DNA of 64,000 nucleotides, taken from positions 128,001 to 192,000 of the forward strand of contig CAVZRV010000030.1 in assembly GCA_963777605.1 (NCBI GenBank), read 5' to 3'. This DNA is from an uncultured Acidobacteriota bacterium (GTDB lineage Bacteria > Acidobacteriota > UBA6911 > RPQK01 > JAPXNP01). Made by a program: the position numbers and the translations under genes. The notes beneath the pieces were generated by a model. That model saw only the letters and a list, made by a program, of their open reading frames with translations. It ran no database searches and had not been told where the DNA came from. This document shows, piece by piece, positions 59,635 to 64,000 of the stretch (position 1 is its first letter; every line of letters begins with the position of its first letter).

Positions 59635-59715
59635 GTGAGTATCCTACCGCACCGTGCTGAGCGAGAAACCTCCAGAACGAAAGCCGCGGTCACCTTGTGC
59701 CGCCGAGAAGGTCAC

Positions 59716-60855
59716 TTAGCTGCTCGCTCTTTGAAGCGACCGCAAAAACGTGGCGTTGTCGGGTGTTTCTTCGATTTTGCGGAGCAGCCCCTGCATGGCC
59801 TTCTCGGCATTGAGGTTGGCCAGCGCCCGCCGAAGCAGGTTTACCTGGTTCTGGGTCTCGGCTTCCCGAAGCTGTTCTTCCCGACGGGTTCCTGAGAGGG
59901 GAATGTCGATGGCCGGCCAGATTCTCCGCTCGGCCAGTCCCCGATGGAGGACCAGTTCCATGTTTCCGGTGCCCTTGAACTCCTCGAAGATCACGTCGTC
60001 CATCCGACTTCCAGTGTCCACCAGGGCGGTCGCGACGATGGTCAGGCTCCCACCTTCCTGGAGTTTGCGGGCGGCTCCAAAGAACTCTCTCGGCTTCGCC
60101 ATGGTCCCGGCTCCGAGGCCTCCGGAAAGCGTCCGGCTCTTGCCCTTGTTCTGGGTGTTGTAGGCACGAGACAGGCGGGTAATGCTGTCCAGGAGGATCA
60201 TTACGTCCCGGCCCGACTCGACCATACGCTTGGCTCGTTGGAGGATCATTTCGGCGATGCGGATATGCCGTTGAGGGGGCATGTCCGCTGACGAATCGAC
60301 GACCGTGCCTACTCCGAGCCGTTTCATCTCGGTGGCTTCCTCCGGGCGTTCGTCGATCAGAAGGATGATCAGTTCCACTTCGGGATGAATCGTGGTGATC
60401 GCGCGCGCCAGCTTCTGGAGGAGCATGGTCTTCCCGGTTCGAGGAGACGCCACGATCAACGCCCGCTGGCCTTTACCGATGGGAGAGATGAGATCGATGA
60501 TCCTGAGGCTTGAGTCGTTGAACTCGTCAATCCTGAGCCGCTCGAACGGGTTGACGCTGGTCAGGCTGGTGAACTCGGGAAGACGTGCGTATTCGTCGGC
60601 ATCCTTGCCGTCAATCAGATTGACTGCAACCAGTCGCGCGCTCTTTCGTTTGGGTCCGTTAGATGCCAGTCCCTCGACGAAGCTGCCCTGGCGAAGTCGT
60701 AAATTCTTGACCATCCCCGCCTCGACGAAGACATCATTGGGACTGGGCTCGAAACCGCGTTCCATTTGACGCAGAAATCCGAATCCCTTTGAGTTAAGGT
60801 CAAGGTACCCGGCTGCTTCCCCCATCTTCTTTTCTGTCTGTACTGGTCCCTTCAT
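59716..60855 (-). CDS. rho: Transcription termination factor Rho (short form)
   Basis: [51 protein letters not shown]. Confidence 0.93.
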   Translation of the reverse strand: MKGPVQTEKKMGEAAGYLDLNSKGFGFLRQMERGFEPSPNDVFVEAGMVKNLRLRQGSFVEGLASNGPKRKSARLVAVNLIDGKDADEYARLPEFTSLTSVNPFERLRIDEFNDSSLRIIDLISPIGKGQRALIVASPRTGKTMLLQKLARAITTIHPEVELIILLIDERPEEATEMKRLGVGTVVDSSADMPPQRHIRIAEMILQRAKRMVESGRDVMILLDSITRLSRAYNTQNKGKSRTLSGGLGAGTMAKPREFFGAARKLQEGGSLTIVATALVDTGSRMDDVIFEEFKGTGNMELVLHRGLAERRIWPAIDIPLSGTRREEQLREAETQNQVNLLRRALANLNAEKAMQGLLRKIEETPDNATFLRSLQRASS

Positions 60856-61144
60856 TGGTCTCCTAAGAAAGCGGAATTAATGATCCTTCTACCCAATCGC
60901 GAGCTGGCACCACGCCTGGTCATGTACGAGAAGCCCGCACCGTTGACTTCGAACAGGCGTCATCAGATTCCCAGTACCCTGGTCTCACATACGTCTGTGC
61001 TGGGTGGAACGTGCTATCCCTGTGCGGCACTAGCCGACCAGAATGGCCCAGAGCTGTCTGCCGCAAACTCAACGGTCCTATCTTTGGGGTACACGGGCCG
61101 GAACCCGGAACCCTCCTGAGTAAAGGCCACGCGCGCCGCGTGGC

Positions 61145-62203
61145 TTAGTAGCCTGCGTCGTCGAGGCTGACTTTGCCGGCGAAGTGACGGTAGGTAAAAA
61201 CGAAATACCCCGTCACGAGGATAATACCGGGTATCCACCAAAGCAGCGCCACCCGCATCCCGTAGGCCGAAGTCGCTACATTATACACGGTTAAACCGAG
61301 TTCGGGTTGAGTGCTGGACGGGAGAACGTACGGGAAGATCCCAAAAGCGGCGCTGGTCAGCATTCCGGCAATGAAGACAGCCGAGGAAAGGAAACCCGAA
61401 AGTTCCTGGTGGGGCTTCCTGAAGATCCACAACCCAGCCAGGCCCGCGATCGCAAGCAGGGGGAATATGACCCCCCAGGGCGCCGTCGCGAAATTTGCTG
61501 GAACCTGTGGCTGGATGGAGAACGTTGCGATTGTCACGACGGCAACGAAGAGCACGACCAGATACCAGATCACCGACGTGACCTGGCGACTCCGTTCGTT
61601 GACCGGTCCTCCGGTCTTCAGCATCAGCCATCGCGATCCGTGTTGGACCAGCGTCAGCAGTGCGAGCACTCCGACCAGGATGGTGTACCAATCCAAGATG
61701 CCACCCTCGGCACTTTTCAGGCCGGCCGGGCCGAAACCGAAGTCGGTCCAGAGTGGAAGAAAGAAAAAGCCGCCCGGCTCCAGCGGTACGCCCCGAACGA
61801 CGTTCCCGAGGGCGGCTCCAAAGAAGACGCATAGCAGGGTACTGGCGCCGCAGAAGACCACGTCCCAGAAGGGTCTCCAGACGGCCGAGTCAATGTGGTT
61901 ACGCAGTTCGATCGAAATGCCCCGCAGAATCAGAAGCCAGAGGACGATCATCAAGGGGAGGTAGAAGCCGCTGAAACTGGAGGCGTACAGAGCCGGGAAC
62001 GCAAAGTAGAGAACGCCTCCGCCGGCGATAAGCCAGACTTCGTTTCCATCCCACACCGGGCCGATGGAACGGAGAACCGTCCGTCGTTCCCGGTCGTTCC
62101 TGGCTACAAAAAGGTGGAGCGCCCCCGATCCCAGGTCGAATCCGTCGAGGACAACGTAGATTGTGATCATCACAGCAACGATGCCGAGCCAGAGAATTTC
62201 CAT
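61145..62203 (-). CDS. cydB: Cytochrome bd oxidase subunit II
   Basis: YVVLDGFDLG, GPVWDGNEVW, LRGISIELR. Confidence 0.96.
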   Translation of the reverse strand: MEILWLGIVAVMITIYVVLDGFDLGSGALHLFVARNDRERRTVLRSIGPVWDGNEVWLIAGGGVLYFAFPALYASSFSGFYLPLMIVLWLLILRGISIELRNHIDSAVWRPFWDVVFCGASTLLCVFFGAALGNVVRGVPLEPGGFFFLPLWTDFGFGPAGLKSAEGGILDWYTILVGVLALLTLVQHGSRWLMLKTGGPVNERSRQVTSVIWYLVVLFVAVVTIATFSIQPQVPANFATAPWGVIFPLLAIAGLAGLWIFRKPHQELSGFLSSAVFIAGMLTSAAFGIFPYVLPSSTQPELGLTVYNVATSAYGMRVALLWWIPGIILVTGYFVFTYRHFAGKVSLDDAGY

Positions 62204-62213
62204 GTTGACCTCC

Positions 62214-63584
62214 TTAAGAATGGATCGAGGGAGCCGTGTCGGTGGCGGATGAAGGTTCCACTTTCAAAGAAACCGGACCCCGTTCAATCTCGTGGTAGGT
62301 CAGGAACAGAAAGAGGATCGCCAGAAGAGTGTACATCCCCATGAACCCGATCAGCGTGAACATCGTATTGCCCGCCGAGACGTAGGGTGACGCTCCTTCC
62401 GAGGTACGGAGCAGGCCGTGGATGATCCACGGCTGGCGGCCGACCTCCACTGTCAACCATCCGGCCGTGTTGGCCACGAACGGGAACGGGGTCAGGAGCA
62501 TCAGGACCCACATCATCGGTCTCGAATCCAACAGGCGGCCCCGCCACAGGAGGAATGCTGAAATAGCCATCGCCAATATGAAGAAGGTCCCCAGGCCGAC
62601 CATAATCCGGAAGCTGTAGTAGAGCAGAGGGATGTTCTGCGGCCACTCATCCTTCGGGAACGCATCCAGTCCTCTCACCTCGGCATTCCAGCGGGAGTAG
62701 GTCAGGAAGCTCAGAACTCGTGGAAGCGTTAAGGGGTTGTCGAGACGCTGTTTGACAGGATCGGGTTGGCCAAGGATAGCCAGCGGTGCGCCCTCGACGG
62801 TCTCGAACAGTCCCTCCATGGCGGCGAGCGTCACGGGTTGGTACTTGGCAATGTTCTTGCCTTGGCCGTCCCCGGTTGGAAACGCCAGCAGGACCGCGCA
62901 GATGAGTCCTGTAACGACGCCGGTCTTGACGAAGATTCCGCCGAATTCCTGGTGGCGTTTGAGCAGGAGGTAAGTTGCCCCGATTCCTGCCACAACGAAC
63001 GACCCGGTTACCGCCGCTCCCAGTTGGTTGTGGGTGTACTGCCAGAGGATCCAGGGATTCAGGACCAGCGACCAGAAACTGTCCAGTGAGAGGTCCCCGT
63101 TGGGCAATCGCGTGTAGCCCACCGGGTGGAGCATCCAGGCATTCGTCGCGATGATAAAGTAACCGGAAAGCCAGGAGCCGAAAAAGACCAGTCCCGAAGC
63201 GGCCCAGTGTCCAAACTGGCCGATTCGCTTCTCCCCAAACAGCAAGAGTCCCAGGAGACTGGATTCGAGGAAGAAGGCGAAGACGCCTTCCATGGCCAGG
63301 GTTTGCCCGATCACGCCGCCTGCGATTCGGGAGAATTGGGCCCAGTTGGTCCCAAATTGGAATTCCATCGGGATCCCGGTCACTACTCCCATCGCAAAAC
63401 TGACTGCGAATACGCGGATCCAGAACCGGGCCCCGTCGTTGTATCGACTGTCCCCGGTTCGGAGGGCGATTGTCTTCATCACGAAAATCAGCAGGGCAAG
63501 CCCCATGCTGAGCTGGACGAAGATGTAGTGGAAGGTGACCGTGAACGCGAAATGAAAGCGATGCAGCGTCAGCGCTTCATCCAT
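62214..63584 (-). CDS. cydA: Cytochrome bd oxidase subunit I
   Basis: FHYIF, MEFQFGTNW, FFLES, QPVTLAAMEG, EVGRQPW. Confidence 0.96.
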   Translation of the reverse strand: MDEALTLHRFHFAFTVTFHYIFVQLSMGLALLIFVMKTIALRTGDSRYNDGARFWIRVFAVSFAMGVVTGIPMEFQFGTNWAQFSRIAGGVIGQTLAMEGVFAFFLESSLLGLLLFGEKRIGQFGHWAASGLVFFGSWLSGYFIIATNAWMLHPVGYTRLPNGDLSLDSFWSLVLNPWILWQYTHNQLGAAVTGSFVVAGIGATYLLLKRHQEFGGIFVKTGVVTGLICAVLLAFPTGDGQGKNIAKYQPVTLAAMEGLFETVEGAPLAILGQPDPVKQRLDNPLTLPRVLSFLTYSRWNAEVRGLDAFPKDEWPQNIPLLYYSFRIMVGLGTFFILAMAISAFLLWRGRLLDSRPMMWVLMLLTPFPFVANTAGWLTVEVGRQPWIIHGLLRTSEGASPYVSAGNTMFTLIGFMGMYTLLAILFLFLTYHEIERGPVSLKVEPSSATDTAPSIHS

Positions 63585-63614
63585 ACAAACTCCTCCCCGT
63601 TTGTCGGCACAATC

Positions 63615-64000
63615 TTAAACGTTTGCCCCGACCGAATCGGGACGGATCAGGATCGATCTGGTATCGTCCGACTCAACCTCGATCGTGATCTCGATCGGGT
63701 CCGGCACCGGCCAGGGCAACTTGTCGGCCCATTCCACAATCGCCCAGGTTCCCTCTGCCAGCAGTTCGTCCAGTCCGATGGAGTAGAGGTCTCGCGCCGT
63801 TTCCAGGCGGTAAAGGTCAACGTGGAACAGTGTGCCCAACGGCGTTTCATACTGGTTGATCAACGTGAAGCTCGGACTGTGAACCTTGGACAGGTCCTTC
63901 ATCCCCATCCCGGCGGCAAATCCGCGGGTGAAGGCAGTCTTGCCGGCACCCAGTTCCCCATAGAGCAGCATGATCCTGGGGCGGTCAAGGGAAGCCGCAA
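63615..64000 (-). CDS. tsaE: tRNA threonylcarbamoyladenosine ATPase TsaE (5' end outside the window)
   Basis: GELGAGKT, SPSFTL, HVDLYRL, VEW. Confidence 0.93.
   Translation of the reverse strand, partial: AASLDRPRIMLLYGELGAGKTAFTRGFAAGMGMKDLSKVHSPSFTLINQYETPLGTLFHVDLYRLETARDLYSIGLDELLAEGTWAIVEWADKLPWPVPDPIEITIEVESDDTRSILIRPDSVGANV

Noticed and set aside
1-64000. CRISPR array or cas genes
   Set aside because: No regularly spaced 25-45 bp repeats and no Cas motifs seen.

Overview
A GC-rich bacterial chromosome segment. The gene content (FPQ-motif secreted proteins, TPR proteins, DUF1080, Tat-exported Gfo/Idh/MocA) suggests Acidobacteriota; this is inference only. Left part (1-25.7 kb): carbohydrate and amino-acid genes, a tightly coupled cluster (KamA-type radical SAM aminomutase, GNAT-deacetylase fusion, two Ddl-like ATP-grasp ligases, one fused to a GNAT), a secreted caspase-TPR protein, a Na+/solute symporter with an unannotated 46-aa partner, and a group II intron with a frameshifted RT. 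Middle (25,767-38,825): a ~13 kb decayed island at tRNA-Glu(CTC), bounded by an 11-bp direct repeat lying inside a serine-recombinase-like 3' end. It carries a tRNA-Arg att fragment, IS91-like ends with inward-facing promoters, a tannase-family esterase, IS6-flanked katG, a candidate structured RNA, HNH/terS/terL relics and a PD-(D/E)XK nuclease. Right part: a REC-PEP-synthetase-N protein behind a GDH homologue whose catalytic Lys is Gln, then lptD-folK-lepB, a GNAT/epimerase/DHDPS trio, transporters, a short Rho, cydAB and tsaE. No CRISPR array or rRNA was seen. Best candidates for undescribed systems: the beta-lysine ATP-grasp/acetylation cluster, the variant-GDH/REC-PPDK pair, and the structured RNA near 32.3-32.5 kb. 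All calls come from motif recognition by eye; no database searches were run.
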